A DNA stretch of 64,000 bases, taken from Candidatus Limnocylindrales bacterium. GTDB lineage: Bacteria > Chloroflexota > Limnocylindria > Limnocylindrales > CSP1-4. Of this stretch, positions 1 through 9,997 are shown piece after piece. Each line of letters begins with the position of its first letter. Position 1 is the first letter of the stretch. The stretch spans positions 73,032-137,031 of the forward strand of contig DATLGJ010000001.1 in NCBI GenBank assembly GCA_035540555.1, written 5' to 3'. Made by a program: the position numbers and the translations under genes. A model generated the notes under the pieces. That model was not told where the DNA came from. It saw only the letters and a list, made by a program, of their open reading frames with translations, and did not search any database.

Positions 1-301
1 CGCTGCGTCCGCCCGTGGCGGCGGTCGCGACCAGGCGGCGCGCATCGGTCAGGGTCAGGCGGGGCACCGCCCCGCTGCCCATCACCACCACGCCACCGCG
101 CTTCGGCGAGTGCGCGCGGAGAAGCTCTCCAAAGCTGGCCCCGTGCTGCTCGCACAGCCGGACCCCGCCGGCGCCGGCGCGACGGAAGAGGTCGACCTGG
201 TCGTCGGCCAGCCTTCTGCGCGCGTCGGCCAGCAGCCGCACCAGACCGGGATCGTCGGTGCTGGCCGGACGATGGAAGATGAGGACGGTAGGGCCGGCCA
301 T
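1..301 (-). CDS. 5' part of an ORF running off the left edge (MAGPTVLIFHRPASTDDPGLVRLLADARRRL...GGVVVMGSGAVPRLTLTDARRLV); function not recognised
   Basis: ATG at 301-299 (minus), open by manual translation down to base 2; absent from the ORF track because there is no stop in the window; TAGACT -10-like box at 312-317, 10 nt upstream. Confidence 0.4.
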   Translation of the reverse strand, partial: MAGPTVLIFHRPASTDDPGLVRLLADARRRLADDQVDLFRRAGAGGVRLCEQHGASFGELLRAHSPKRGGVVVMGSGAVPRLTLTDARRLVATAATGGRS

Positions 302-334
302 CGGTCGGCCGAGTCTAGTCACTTGAGGAGCGGC

Positions 335-886
335 TTGGTCAAGCGCACGCGGGCCTACATCGGCCTCGGCGGCAACGCCGGTGACGTACGCGAGAACCTG
401 CGTCGTGCGGTTCGAGCGCTCGGCGCGCTGCCCGGGGTGCGACTGCGCTCGGTCTCGCCGCTCTACCGCACGCGACCGGTTGGTGTGATCGACCAGCCGG
501 ACTTCCTGAACGCGGTGGTCGGGCTCGACGTGCCGGCGGGGCCCGACCCGGAGACGGGCGCGCTGGCCTTGCTCGTCGTGCTCAAAAACATCGAGTCGGC
601 CATCGGACGCCAGACCGGGGAGCGCTGGGGGCCGCGCCAGATCGACCTTGACCTGCTCACCTTCGGCGGCCATCGGATCGATGTCGCACGCCCCAACGGC
701 CGCTGGCTGACAGTGCCCCATCCGCAGATGGCCGATCGGCTCTTCGTGCTGGCCCCGCTGGCCGACGTGGTCGCGGGCCTACGACCACCCGGCTGGCGAC
801 AGACGGTTGCCCGGGCGCGCGCCCGGCGTGCCGCGCAGGAGGCGGACGACGCAGTCGTGCTCGTCGAGCACGACTGGACTACCTAG
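335..886 (+). CDS. folK: 2-amino-4-hydroxy-6-hydroxymethyldihydropteridine pyrophosphokinase (HPPK)
   Basis: ORF 110..886; motifs RAYIGLGGNAGD, SPLYRTRPVG, GPRQIDLDLL, LTVPHPQMADRLFVLAPL; start moved to TTG 335 just before the conserved N-terminus, because the upstream part overlaps the divergent gene. Confidence 0.85.
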   Translation: MVKRTRAYIGLGGNAGDVRENLRRAVRALGALPGVRLRSVSPLYRTRPVGVIDQPDFLNAVVGLDVPAGPDPETGALALLVVLKNIESAIGRQTGERWGPRQIDLDLLTFGGHRIDVARPNGRWLTVPHPQMADRLFVLAPLADVVAGLRPPGWRQTVARARARRAAQEADDAVVLVEHDWTT

Positions 887-913
887 CCGATTAGGCCTCT
901 TCCCAAACCTTTC

Positions 914-1894
914 CTACAGGCGGACGGCCGGCGGCTTGTCGCGGTCGAACATGTGCACGGTGTCGACGAAGCGCACCTGCTTGGTCTGATAGCCCATCAC
1001 CAGTGAGTGCGTGCGCGCGCCGCCGCCGAAAAAGCGCACGCCCTGCAGCAGGTCGCCCTCGGTCACCCCGGTGGCCGAGAAAACGAGGTTCTCGCCGGGC
1101 GCCAGATCGGTGGTGCCGTAGACGCGCTCCTCGTCCGCGCCGCCCTCCCGCATTCGCTCGACCCGCTCCCGCTCCTCGTCGTTGCGAAATCGGAAGCGCG
1201 CCTGGATCTCACCACCGAGGCAGCGCAGCGCGGCCGCCGTGATCACGCCTTCGGGCGCACCACCGATGCCCATCACGGCGTGCACGCCGGTGCCGCTGAC
1301 CGCGCACGAGATCGCCGCTGACAGGTCGCCATCCGAGATCAGCTTGATTCGGGCGCCGGTCCGGCGCACCGCTTCGATCAGCTCCGCGTGGCGGGGGCGG
1401 TCGAGAATGATCACCGTAAGGTCGCTCACCCGCCGCCCGAGCGACTCCGCGATGCGGCCGAGGTTCTCGGCCGGAGGCAGGCGGATGTCGACGTGGCCGG
1501 CCGCCGTCGGGCCAACGCAGAGCTTTTCCATGTACGTGTCCGGCGCGTTGAGCAGTCCGCCTTTCTCGGAGGCCGCCATCACCGTGATCGCGTTGGCGAG
1601 GCCCATCGCCACGAGGTTTGTGCCCTCGAGCGGGTCGACGGCGATGTCCACCTCGGGCTGGTCGGCATGCTGCTCGCCCACCTGCTCGCCGATGTAGAGC
1701 ATCGGCGCCTGGTCGCGCTCGCCTTCGCCGATGACGATGGTGCCGCGCACCTCGACCTCGTCCAGCGTCCGGCGCATGGCCTCGGTGGCGGCATGGTCGG
1801 CGCCGTGGCGGTCTCCCCGGCCCATGTAGCGCGCCGAGGCGATCGCCGCCGCCTCCGTCACGCGCACTGTCTCGAGCGCGAGCAGCGTCTCCAT
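914..1894 (-). CDS. glpX: class II fructose-1,6-bisphosphatase
   Basis: 326 aa; GlpX-like [53 protein letters not shown]. Confidence 0.9.
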   Translation of the reverse strand: METLLALETVRVTEAAAIASARYMGRGDRHGADHAATEAMRRTLDEVEVRGTIVIGEGERDQAPMLYIGEQVGEQHADQPEVDIAVDPLEGTNLVAMGLANAITVMAASEKGGLLNAPDTYMEKLCVGPTAAGHVDIRLPPAENLGRIAESLGRRVSDLTVIILDRPRHAELIEAVRRTGARIKLISDGDLSAAISCAVSGTGVHAVMGIGGAPEGVITAAALRCLGGEIQARFRFRNDEERERVERMREGGADEERVYGTTDLAPGENLVFSATGVTEGDLLQGVRFFGGGARTHSLVMGYQTKQVRFVDTVHMFDRDKPPAVRL

Positions 1895-1919
1895 CTGCCT
1901 CCTCTCCCCGCCCTCTTGG

Positions 1920-3467
1920 TCAGTGGCGGAAGTGCCGTCGACCGGTGAAGACCATCGCCATGTGGTGGCGGTCGGCCACCTCGATGGCCATCTCGTCGCG
2001 GATAGAGCCGCCGGGCTGGATGATCGCCGTCACGCCGCGCTCGGCCGCCAGCGCGATCGCATCGGCAAAGGGAAAGTAAGCGTCCGAGGCAAGCACGGCA
2101 AGCGGCGCCCGGTCGGCCGCTCGGTGGAGGGCGATCTCGACTGCCGACAGTCGGCTGGCCTGTCCGGCCCCGACACCGACAAGCGCTGCGTTACGGGCGA
2201 GCACGACCGCGTTGCTGGTGACGTGGCGCACGGCGCGCCAGGCGAAGAGCAGGTCCGTCAGCTCCTCGAGGGTCGGTCGGCGCCGGGTGACCACCTTCAG
2301 CTGCGACCGATCCAGCTCGGACCTGTCGCGCGTCTCGACCAGCAGGCCACCACCGATCCGATGGAAGTCGAGCCGGGCCAGGCCGTACTCGGCCAGAGCA
2401 TCATCGGGCGCGCTGGGGATCGACAGCAGGGCCAATCTCTCCTTGGCCGCCAGCACGCGGCGGGCTTCCTCGCTGAAGCCCGGCGCCACTACCGCCTCGT
2501 AAGCATTGCCGGCGATCTGTTCGGCCGTCTCGGCATCGACGAGCCGGTTGAGCGCCACGACCGCGCCGAAGGCGCTCACGGGGTCGCCCTCGAGCGCCTT
2601 GACGTAGGCCTCCGACAGGCGGTCGTTGGATGCCAGGCCAGTCGGGTTGCGCTGCTTGGCGATGCAGCAGGTGGGGGCCGTGAAGTCGGTCACGATGCGA
2701 TAGGCGGCGTCGAGGTCGAGCAGGTCGTTGAAAGTCGGCTGACCGCCCTGCAGCAGGTTCGCATCCGACAGCGTGCCGCCTCGGTGCATCGTCTCGCGGT
2801 AATACGCCGCCTGCTGGTGCGGGTTCTCGCCGTAGTCCAGGTCGCGGATCTTCTCCAGCACCAACGCCATGCGGTCGGGGAAGCGCGTGCCGGCGATGTG
2901 GTTGAGGTAGCTCGACACCTCGGCGTAGTAGGCCGCCACGTCGGCCAGCGCGTTCGCGGCCAGCAGCTGGCGAAGTTCGGGTGAGACCGCGCCGCGGTCG
3001 CGCAGATCCTCGATCACCCGCTCGTAGTGATGAGGGCTGGACACGGCAGTCACCGCCGCGTAGCTGCGCGCAGCCGCGGTCAGCAGGGCGTTGCCGCCGA
3101 CGTCGATCATTTCGATCGCCTCGTCGAGCGGAACCGACCGCCAGCCAACCTGTGGGGCGAAGGGTTTGACGTTGACCACCACCAGGTCGATCAGCTCGAT
3201 ACCGGCCCGGGCAAGCTCGGCCAGCTCGTCGGGCCGATTGCGATGGGCCAGGATGCCGCCGTAGACGGCCGGGTGAAAGGTCTTGACCTGGCCCCCGGCA
3301 AGCGTGTCGACCTGGGTCAGCGCGCTGATCGGCTGGACCTCGATACCTTCCCCGGCGAGGACCTCGCGAGTCCCGTCGGTGGCGAACACCTCACACTCGA
3401 GGTCCAGCAAAGCGCGGGCGAAATCGACAATCCCTTCGCGGTTGGCGACCGAGAGCAGCGCTCGCAA
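1920..3467 (-). CDS. purH: bifunctional AICAR formyltransferase / IMP cyclohydrolase
   Basis: 515 aa; MGS-like N-terminus ([19 protein letters not shown]) and AICARFT C-terminus ([18 protein letters not shown]); TTG start preceded by GGAGGAG. Confidence 0.95.
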   Translation of the reverse strand: MRALLSVANREGIVDFARALLDLECEVFATDGTREVLAGEGIEVQPISALTQVDTLAGGQVKTFHPAVYGGILAHRNRPDELAELARAGIELIDLVVVNVKPFAPQVGWRSVPLDEAIEMIDVGGNALLTAAARSYAAVTAVSSPHHYERVIEDLRDRGAVSPELRQLLAANALADVAAYYAEVSSYLNHIAGTRFPDRMALVLEKIRDLDYGENPHQQAAYYRETMHRGGTLSDANLLQGGQPTFNDLLDLDAAYRIVTDFTAPTCCIAKQRNPTGLASNDRLSEAYVKALEGDPVSAFGAVVALNRLVDAETAEQIAGNAYEAVVAPGFSEEARRVLAAKERLALLSIPSAPDDALAEYGLARLDFHRIGGGLLVETRDRSELDRSQLKVVTRRRPTLEELTDLLFAWRAVRHVTSNAVVLARNAALVGVGAGQASRLSAVEIALHRAADRAPLAVLASDAYFPFADAIALAAERGVTAIIQPGGSIRDEMAIEVADRHHMAMVFTGRRHFRH

Positions 3468-3536
3468 ACGTCTCCTCCAGGGCCCTCGCGGCGTTTGCGC
3501 GGCTCATCTGGGGCAGGGGTTCGAGCCGGCCGGGCG

Positions 3537-3546
3537 AGTATAGCAA
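3537..3546 (-). promoter_or_regulatory. candidate extended -10 (TTGCTATACT on minus strand) for purH
   Basis: reverse complement of agtatagcaa; same GCTANNNT pattern as other intergenic sites in the window. Confidence 0.35.
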
Positions 3547-3600
3547 CTGGCCCCGATCAGCCGGGTAGGCGAGCACTCCTCGCAGCCGCTCGCCGACCCT

Positions 3601-3610
3601 TTGCTATCCT
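3601..3610 (+). promoter_or_regulatory. candidate extended -10 (TTGCTATCCT) for the 3644 gene
   Basis: identical TGCTATCCT also precedes tRNA-Asp (48131-48139); GGAGG RBS follows before GTG 3644. Confidence 0.35.
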
Positions 3611-3643
3611 GCCGGCGAGGGCGCAATTCAACGTGGAGGCAAG

Positions 3644-4072
3644 GTGGCGCTAGGCCCGCTCGAGTACCTGACAATCCCGTTCAACCAGCAGAACTTTCCC
3701 GACATCTTCACGCCCATCTGGATTGCGGCGCTGGTCCTGCTGGTCGGCCAGATCGTGCTCTACAACGTTCGCAGCTCGCAACTGCACCGCCACGAGCCGC
3801 TGCGGAACATGCAGGAGTGGCTCTTCTGGACGGGCATGACCGTCTTCGGCCTGGTGCTGGTGGCGACAGTATTTGCGTTCTACTTCTTCGTCATAGTGCT
3901 GACGCTCGTGATCGGGCTGGCGACGTACGTCTGGATCCGCTTCTTCCGGTTCCCGCCGATGATCGCGGTGTACAACCAGCAGCTTCGTCGGGCGCGGTTT
4001 TTCAGCCAGTCGCGCTACGCGCAGCCCGAGGCGACGGTACGCCAGCGTCGGCAGCGCCGTCGGCGCCGCTGA
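3644..4072 (+). CDS. small integral membrane protein, unknown function
   Basis: 142 aa, three hydrophobic segments, basic C-terminal tail (RQRRQRRRRR); RBS-like GGAGG upstream. Confidence 0.55.
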   Translation: MALGPLEYLTIPFNQQNFPDIFTPIWIAALVLLVGQIVLYNVRSSQLHRHEPLRNMQEWLFWTGMTVFGLVLVATVFAFYFFVIVLTLVIGLATYVWIRFFRFPPMIAVYNQQLRRARFFSQSRYAQPEATVRQRRQRRRRR

Positions 4073-4078
4073 CGGCTG

Positions 4079-4570
4079 ATGGAGATCCGGCGCTTCGGCC
4101 CGGGCCACCGTAAGGCCGAGGGCCCCCCGGGCTCGCAGGGCGTGACCGGCCAGGTCATCCACAGCGATGGCGGCGCGCGCATCTCCGAGCTGGTCTTCCA
4201 GCGCTACGCGATGGTCTCGCCCCACTCCAACCCGAACACGACCCTGTTCGTGGTCATCAGCGGGGGCGGTTACGTCCAGGTGGGCACCGAGCGCAGCCGG
4301 ATCAACCATGGCGAAGCGGTCGTCTTGCCGCCCGACCTGCCGCACGGCGCGTTCACCGACGGCAGCGAGATGCGCGCCATCGTCATCGAGCTCGGCCACG
4401 GCGGCGATGCGCGCCTGCTCGAGGGCCGGGCCGTCGAGGTCGGACCGAAAGCGGACCACTCCGCCGGCGGGCCGATCGCGTCGGGCCGACCGGAGCGAGC
4501 CCAGGGCTCACTGGCCGAGCGACCAAAGCTGCGCGACGAGTACGACTCCTCCGAGGGAGAGCCCTGGTAG
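4079..4570 (+). CDS. cupin-domain protein
   Basis: 163 aa; cupin-like HSNPNTTLFVVISGGGYVQVG...GEAVVLPPDLPHG. Confidence 0.6.
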   Translation: MEIRRFGPGHRKAEGPPGSQGVTGQVIHSDGGARISELVFQRYAMVSPHSNPNTTLFVVISGGGYVQVGTERSRINHGEAVVLPPDLPHGAFTDGSEMRAIVIELGHGGDARLLEGRAVEVGPKADHSAGGPIASGRPERAQGSLAERPKLRDEYDSSEGEPW

Positions 4571-4615
4571 GCGGCTGAGCCGCCGACCCGACCGACGGCG
4601 CCGAGGAAAGGGGAC

Positions 4616-5359
4616 ATGTCGGCCGAGGTCCTGCTTGCCGTCGCATTGCTCTTCGCGCTCGCTGCGCTGCTCTACTCGGCGGTCGGGCACGGCGGCGCCT
4701 CGGCGTACCTCGCGATCATGGCCCTGGCCGGTATCGAGCCGTTGGTCATGCGGCCGACGGCCCTGGTGCTGAACATCCTCGTCGGCTCGATCGCCGCACT
4801 GCGCTTTCACCGTGCGGGCCAGCTCGAGCTGCGGGCCCTGGCTCCGCTGCTGCTCGGCTCCATCCCGCTCGCATTCCTCGGCGGCACGGTGATCCTGCCC
4901 GCGACGACGTACAAGCTGCTGGTTGGAGCGGTGCTGCTCGTTGCGGCCGTGAGGCTGTGGCTGACTGCGGCGACCGCCGACGATGACCGCCCCACGGCGG
5001 TGCCGCCCTGGGCAGCGATCCCGCTGGGTGGCGGCCTCGGGTTGCTGGCTGGCCTGACTGGCACCGGTGGAGCCATCTTCATGACCCCGGCCGTGCTGCT
5101 GCTCGGCTGGGCGTCTCCCCGGCGCGCCGCCGGTCTGTCCGCAGGCTTCGTGGTAGCGAACTCGGTGGCCGGCCTGGCCGGAAACTTCGCCGTCGTCGGG
5201 CAGCTGCCGCCCTATCTCGCGCTCTGGCTGCCGGCGGTGCTGGTCGGTGCGCTGATCGGCACCGAGCTTGGCGTTCGACGGCTTTCGCCGGTCGGACTGC
5301 GGCGGGCGCTTGCACTGGTGCTGGTGGTTGCCGGACTGAAGCTGATCCTGGTCGGCTAG
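4616..5359 (+). CDS. TauE/SafE family sulfite/anion exporter (DUF81)
   Basis: 247 aa polytopic; N-terminal YSAVGHGGASAYLAIMAL and internal repeat GLTGTGGAIFMTPAVLL typical of the family. Confidence 0.85.
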   Translation: MSAEVLLAVALLFALAALLYSAVGHGGASAYLAIMALAGIEPLVMRPTALVLNILVGSIAALRFHRAGQLELRALAPLLLGSIPLAFLGGTVILPATTYKLLVGAVLLVAAVRLWLTAATADDDRPTAVPPWAAIPLGGGLGLLAGLTGTGGAIFMTPAVLLLGWASPRRAAGLSAGFVVANSVAGLAGNFAVVGQLPPYLALWLPAVLVGALIGTELGVRRLSPVGLRRALALVLVVAGLKLILVG

Positions 5360-6017
5360 GGCGGAGGATCGGCCGGGGCTGATTCAGCGAGGAAGCGACC
5401 GAGCCCGCCCAGGATGCCCGCGGTTGCCCCCACACGACATGTCCACTCACGTGAAAGGCCCCGTAGCGCAGGCGCAGGCCATCACGCTCAGCGGTAATCG
5501 TCTCGATCCGCGCGCCGGGCAGGAAGGCGGCCAGCGGCGCGCTGAAGGCATGGGCGACCTCGCGCGGGTCCGGCGTCAGCAGCGGCTCCCGTTCGGCAAC
5601 GGCAATGACCGGGTGGGCCTGGAACCCGGACACCCGAACGTCGATCGGGGCGGTGCTGCCGATGATCCGCACGCCGGCCTGCTGCGGGTCGAGGCCGACC
5701 TCCTCGCGGGCTTCGCGCATGGCCGCCGCCACGATCGATTCATCGCCGGGGTCGACGGCGCCGCCGGGAAAAGCCACCTGTCCGGCATGACGGTGTCCGC
5801 CCGCCGAGCGCTCAATGAGCACGACCATCGCCTGCTCGTCGTCGGCCGGGTGCAGGAGGACCAGCACCGCGGCGTCCCGACGCGGCCCGGCCGGTGTCGG
5901 TGGCAGCGTCGCGTCGCCATGGCCGGGGTTGAGCCAGACGGGGATCAGCTGCGTCGGTGGCGGTGGCAGGCGGGCCGGGAGCCGGGCCAACCTGGCTGCC
6001 GCCTCGGTCAGGCGCAC
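5356..6017 (-). pseudogene. Nudix hydrolase, CoA pyrophosphatase-like, needs a 1-nt frame correction in a G5 run (5427-5431)
   Basis: Nudix box GGAVDPGDESIVAAAMREAREEVGL. After ...GHVVWG the track frame gives QPRASWAGS..., while the -1 frame gives ATAGILGGLGRFLAESAPADPPP* (the family WGATAGIL motif) and stops at 5358-5356. GTG start at 6017 lies 10 nt after the upstream stop. The 394-aa track ORF is an artefact at both ends. Confidence 0.7.
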
Positions 6018-6027
6018 GCGAGCTTTC

Positions 6028-7152
6028 TCAGCGAGCCGGCAGCCGGAAGGAGAGGCCACACAGCGGCTCGGCGGCCTCGACACCACGTGCGAGGAACACG
6101 GCCGCGTAGCCCCCCAGCTGGCGTGGATCGAGCAACCGCGCGACCGCCGAGCGCAGGGCGAACATCTCCTCCCAGTCCGCGCCTGCGCGCTCACGCGCCG
6201 CTTCCAGCGTGGCCTCCAGCCCACAGCCGACGAGCAGCTCGGCCTGGGACGTCTGGCCGACAAGCGTCAGACCGGCCGCCCGGGCCAGCCGGCGCAGCGC
6301 GCCCAGGTCGACCGTCGTGGTCAGGTCCTGGTGGCCGACACCGGTCAGGGGGTTTCCGCCCACGTGATGGTCACGGAAAGCGCGCAGCGTGCCCTCGGGC
6401 CGCCCGGGACCGTACAGCACGGACGGCTCCGCGGCGTAGTCGATAAGCAGCAGATAGCCGTGCTCGAGTTGATCGGCCGCTGCGGCCAGCCAGTCGCCCA
6501 TGGCCAGGCAGGCTTCGGCGTGCTGTCCCTCGGTCAGCTGCACGCCGGTGGCGGCCAGCCACTCGGCGAGAGCGGGGGTCGACGGGTCGGCCTCCACCTC
6601 CACAAAGCGGTCACCCTGCCAGTCGACGAGCAGCTCGCGCAAACGGCCGCCGCGAACGACGGTGCGGTGCACCGGCAGCGCATCGAGCAGCTCGTTGGCC
6701 AGCATCAGGCCCGTGAAGCGATCGCCGGCCTGGTCGCCGGCTTCGATCGGCTCGTAGCGGAGCTGAGCGGCCAACGGCGACTCGATCAGGCGCAAGCCCT
6801 CGGCAATGCTCGCTCCCAGTGATCCTCTGCCGGCGCCGTGCTCGCGCAGCACGAAGGGGGTCGGACGGTCCAGGAGCCGCCAGATCTCCTCGATCTGGCG
6901 GGCCAGCGCGTGGCCGAAGATCGGATGCAGCTCAGGTGCGGTCAGGAAGTCGCCGGCGCGCGTCGGGCGCTGAGCGCTCGTGCGGTAGTAGCCCAGCCCG
7001 GGCTCGTACAGCGTGCGCTCCATGAAACGGGCGAAGGTGATCGGCCCGTGGGCCAGGATCTCCTCGCGGATGAGCGCCACCAGCTCGGGGCGGCCCGGGT
7101 CGTCGGTCGGCGGCGGCGGGGCGGCGCCGCGCCGCTGGCCGGCCTCCATCAT
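6028..7152 (-). CDS. SAM-dependent methyltransferase, MidA/NDUFAF7 family (DUF185)
   Basis: 374 aa; ITFARFMERTLYEPGLGYY, GDFLTAPELHPIFG, REHGAGRGSL. Confidence 0.8.
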   Translation of the reverse strand: MMEAGQRRGAAPPPPTDDPGRPELVALIREEILAHGPITFARFMERTLYEPGLGYYRTSAQRPTRAGDFLTAPELHPIFGHALARQIEEIWRLLDRPTPFVLREHGAGRGSLGASIAEGLRLIESPLAAQLRYEPIEAGDQAGDRFTGLMLANELLDALPVHRTVVRGGRLRELLVDWQGDRFVEVEADPSTPALAEWLAATGVQLTEGQHAEACLAMGDWLAAAADQLEHGYLLLIDYAAEPSVLYGPGRPEGTLRAFRDHHVGGNPLTGVGHQDLTTTVDLGALRRLARAAGLTLVGQTSQAELLVGCGLEATLEAARERAGADWEEMFALRSAVARLLDPRQLGGYAAVFLARGVEAAEPLCGLSFRLPAR

Positions 7153-7165
7153 CCGGCGTGCCGGC

Positions 7166-9883
7166 TCAGTGAAGGACGGAGCCGTCGCCGCGCCCGCCGG
7201 TCGTCAGCTCGATGGCGGGTGTCGCTTCAGTGCGGTCTGCACGCCGGGCGTCGGCACGGCGTTGCTCAGCCCCGGCCACCACCGTTTCCTCGCCGGCGCT
7301 GAAGACGAGCGTGCCGTTGACGCTGTCGGCGTCCACGCTGATGGTGCTGCCGGGCGGGAAGCGGCCCTCCAGCAACGCCCGAGCCAGCGGGTTCTCGACC
7401 AGCCGCTGAATCGCACGCTTGAGCGGGCGGGCACCGAAGGCCGGGTCGTTGCCCTCACTGGCGACCAGCTGGCGCGCGGCCGGCGTCAGTCCAATGCGCA
7501 AATCGTGGTCGGCCAGCCGGCGCTCCAGGTCGACCAGAAGACGGTCGACAATGGCGGAGAGATCGGCGTCGGTGAGCGCATGGAAGACGATCACCTCGTC
7601 GACCCGGTTCAGGAACTCGGGCCGAAAGACGGCGCGCAGCGATTCCATGACCTGACCGCGCATCTGGTCGTAGCCGGAGTCGCCGGAGCGTCCCGCGGCA
7701 GCGCTGATGTGCTGGCTGCCGACGTTGCTGGTCATGATCACGACGGTGTTCTTGAAGTCCACCGTTCGACCCTGACCATCGGTCAGCCGACCGTCGTCCA
7801 GCACCTGCAGCAGGACGTTGAAGACGTCGGGATGCGCCTTCTCGATCTCGTCCAGCAGGATCACCTGGTACGGCCGGCGGCGAACGGCCTCGGTCAGCTG
7901 GCCGCCCTCCTCGTAGCCGACGTAACCGGGCGGGGCGCCGAGCAGCCGGCTGACCGAGAACTTCTCCATGTACTCGCTCATGTCGATGCGCGTCATCGCC
8001 TGCTCATCGTCGAACAGAAACTCAGCCAGCGCGCGAGCCAGCTCCGTCTTGCCCACGCCTGTCGGCCCAAGGAAGATGAACGAGCCGATCGGTCGGCGCG
8101 GATCCTTCAGCCCGGCACGGGCGCGGCGGACCGCGTCGGAGACGGCCGCGACGGCCTCGTCCTGGCCGACCACACGCTCGTGCAGGCGCTCCTCCATGCG
8201 CACCAGCTTGGCCTGCTCGCCCTCAAGCAGGCGGGTAACGGGGACGCCTGTCCACGAGGCGACGATGCGCGCGATGTCGTCGGCATCGACCTCCTCCTTG
8301 AGCAGGCGCTCGGCGCCGTCGCGCTGGCCCAGGGCAGCCTCCTGCTCGGCCAGTCGCTGGTTCAGCTCCACCTGGCGGCCGTACTTCAGCTCGGCAGCTC
8401 GGCCGTAATCGGCCGCACGCTCGGCTTCCTCGATCTGGTGCTGCAGCTTCTCGAGCTCGCTCTTGGTCTCGCGCAGGCCGGCGATGGCCGCCTGCTCCTG
8501 CTGCCATTGGCCCTTGAGCGCGCCGGCTCGCTCGCCGATGTCGGCCAACTCGCGCTCGAGTGCCTCGAGCCGCGCCTTCGAGGCGTCGTCGCGCTCCTTG
8601 CGCAGCGCCTCGCGCTCGATCTCGAGCTGGATGCGTCGACGCTCCAGCTCGTCCAGCTCGACCGGCATCGAGTCCATCTCCATGCGCAGGCGCGAGGCGG
8701 CTTCGTCGACCAGGTCGATCGCCTTGTCAGGCAGGAAGCGCTCGGTGATGTAGCGATTTGACAGGACGGCCGCAGCCACCAGCGCCGAGTCGGTGATGCG
8801 CACGCCGTGATGGTTCTCGTAGCGCTCGCGCAGGCCGCGGAGGATCGAGATGGTCTCCTCGACGGTCGGCTGGTCGACGAAGACAGGCTGGAAGCGTCGC
8901 TCCAGGGCGGCGTCCTTCTCGATGTGCTTACGGTATTCGTCGAGCGTCGTTGCGCCGATCGTGTGCAGCTCACCCCGGGCGAGCATCGGCTTGAGGAGAT
9001 TGGAGGCGTCCATCGCGCCCTCGGCCGCGCCGGCACCGACGACGGTGTGCAGCTCGTCGATGAACAGCACGATCTGGCCGGCCGAGTCCTTGATCTCCTT
9101 GAGCACCGCCTTCAGCCGCTCCTCGAACTCGCCGCGGTACTTGGCGCCGGCGATGAGCGCACCGAGGTCCAGCCCGACGACGCGCTTGTTCTTCAAACCC
9201 TCCGGCACGTCACCGCGGACGATGCGCTGGGCGAGCCCCTCGGCGATGGCGGTCTTGCCCACGCCGGGTTCGCCGATCAGCACCGGGTTGTTCTTCGTTC
9301 GCCGGCTGAGGACCTGGATCACCCGGCGGATCTCCTCGTCGCGACCGACGACGGGGTCGAGCTTGCCCTCGCCGGCGTCGCGGGTCAGGTCGCGGCCGTA
9401 GCGCTCCAGCGCCTGATAAGTGCCCTCGGGGTGCTGGCTGGTCACGCGCTGGCCGCCACGCACCTGCTGCAGCGCACCGAGCAGCTGCTCGTGGCCGGCG
9501 CCAGCCGATTCCAGGATGCGCTGGGTGTCGCCGCTCGCCTGGCTCGCCGCGAGCAACAGATGCTCGGTCGAGACGTAGTCGTCGTTGAGCCGCCGCGCTT
9601 CATCCTCGGCACGCTCGAGGAGCTGCCGTGCTCTGGGATCGAGGCTCAGCTGGCCGCCCTGGATCTTCGCTCGGCGGGCGAGCACGGCGGCGACCTCCGT
9701 GCGCACCTGCGCGGGATCGGCATCGAGCGCGCGCAGCGTCATGACCGGGATGCCCTGCTCGTCCTCCAGCAACGCCGCAAGCACGTGCTCTGCGTCGAGC
9801 ACGGGGCTTTCGGCCTCCGTTGCCAGGCGCTGGGCGGCGAGGATGGCCTCCTGGGCCTTTTCGGTGTATCGGTCCAGCTTCAC
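7166..9883 (-). CDS. clpB: ATP-dependent chaperone/disaggregase ClpB
   Basis: 905 aa; Clp-N repeats, two AAA+ modules ([15 protein letters not shown]; [15 protein letters not shown]), long middle coiled coil; GTG start. Confidence 0.97.
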   Translation of the reverse strand: MKLDRYTEKAQEAILAAQRLATEAESPVLDAEHVLAALLEDEQGIPVMTLRALDADPAQVRTEVAAVLARRAKIQGGQLSLDPRARQLLERAEDEARRLNDDYVSTEHLLLAASQASGDTQRILESAGAGHEQLLGALQQVRGGQRVTSQHPEGTYQALERYGRDLTRDAGEGKLDPVVGRDEEIRRVIQVLSRRTKNNPVLIGEPGVGKTAIAEGLAQRIVRGDVPEGLKNKRVVGLDLGALIAGAKYRGEFEERLKAVLKEIKDSAGQIVLFIDELHTVVGAGAAEGAMDASNLLKPMLARGELHTIGATTLDEYRKHIEKDAALERRFQPVFVDQPTVEETISILRGLRERYENHHGVRITDSALVAAAVLSNRYITERFLPDKAIDLVDEAASRLRMEMDSMPVELDELERRRIQLEIEREALRKERDDASKARLEALERELADIGERAGALKGQWQQEQAAIAGLRETKSELEKLQHQIEEAERAADYGRAAELKYGRQVELNQRLAEQEAALGQRDGAERLLKEEVDADDIARIVASWTGVPVTRLLEGEQAKLVRMEERLHERVVGQDEAVAAVSDAVRRARAGLKDPRRPIGSFIFLGPTGVGKTELARALAEFLFDDEQAMTRIDMSEYMEKFSVSRLLGAPPGYVGYEEGGQLTEAVRRRPYQVILLDEIEKAHPDVFNVLLQVLDDGRLTDGQGRTVDFKNTVVIMTSNVGSQHISAAAGRSGDSGYDQMRGQVMESLRAVFRPEFLNRVDEVIVFHALTDADLSAIVDRLLVDLERRLADHDLRIGLTPAARQLVASEGNDPAFGARPLKRAIQRLVENPLARALLEGRFPPGSTISVDADSVNGTLVFSAGEETVVAGAEQRRADARRADRTEATPAIELTTGGRGDGSVLH

Positions 9884-9941
9884 GCGTCTGCTCTGCTTTC
9901 GGATCGTTCAGGCGGCTCGAGCCGCTCCAAGAGTTGTCAAT

Positions 9942-9970
9942 AGTATTGACAACATTGCTGTCAACGTCAA
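9942..9970 (-). promoter_or_regulatory. candidate clpB promoter (TTGACG-N17-AATACT, minus strand) with a TTGA-N11-TCAA inverted repeat in the spacer
   Basis: minus strand reads ccTTGACGTTGACAgcaatgTTGTCAATACTATTGACAAc; about 58 nt upstream of the clpB GTG. Confidence 0.5.
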
Positions 9971-9997
9971 GGCCTAGTGCTGCGGCGCCAGTAGTGA

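Noticed and set aside
3468-3643. ZTP (pfl) riboswitch upstream of purH
   Set aside because: purH is a classic ZTP-riboswitch target. However, I could not find the conserved pseudoknot strings (for example GGGUCGUGAC...CCGCCUGGGC) on the minus strand, and the leader is only about 60 nt if the TATACT box is used. An Infernal scan would settle it.
5079-6263. 394-aa Nudix ORF taken at face value
   Set aside because: The N-terminal 80 aa overlap the upstream MidA gene end and are junk-like. The C-terminal ~115 aa overlap the tauE-like gene and replace the conserved WGATAGIL motif. Re-interpreted as 5356..6017 with a frameshift.
7013-9943. 582-aa and 378-aa plus-strand ORFs (7013..8761, 8807..9943)
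   Set aside because: Antisense to clpB, whose two AAA+ modules are unmistakable. These are typical GC3-driven open frames.
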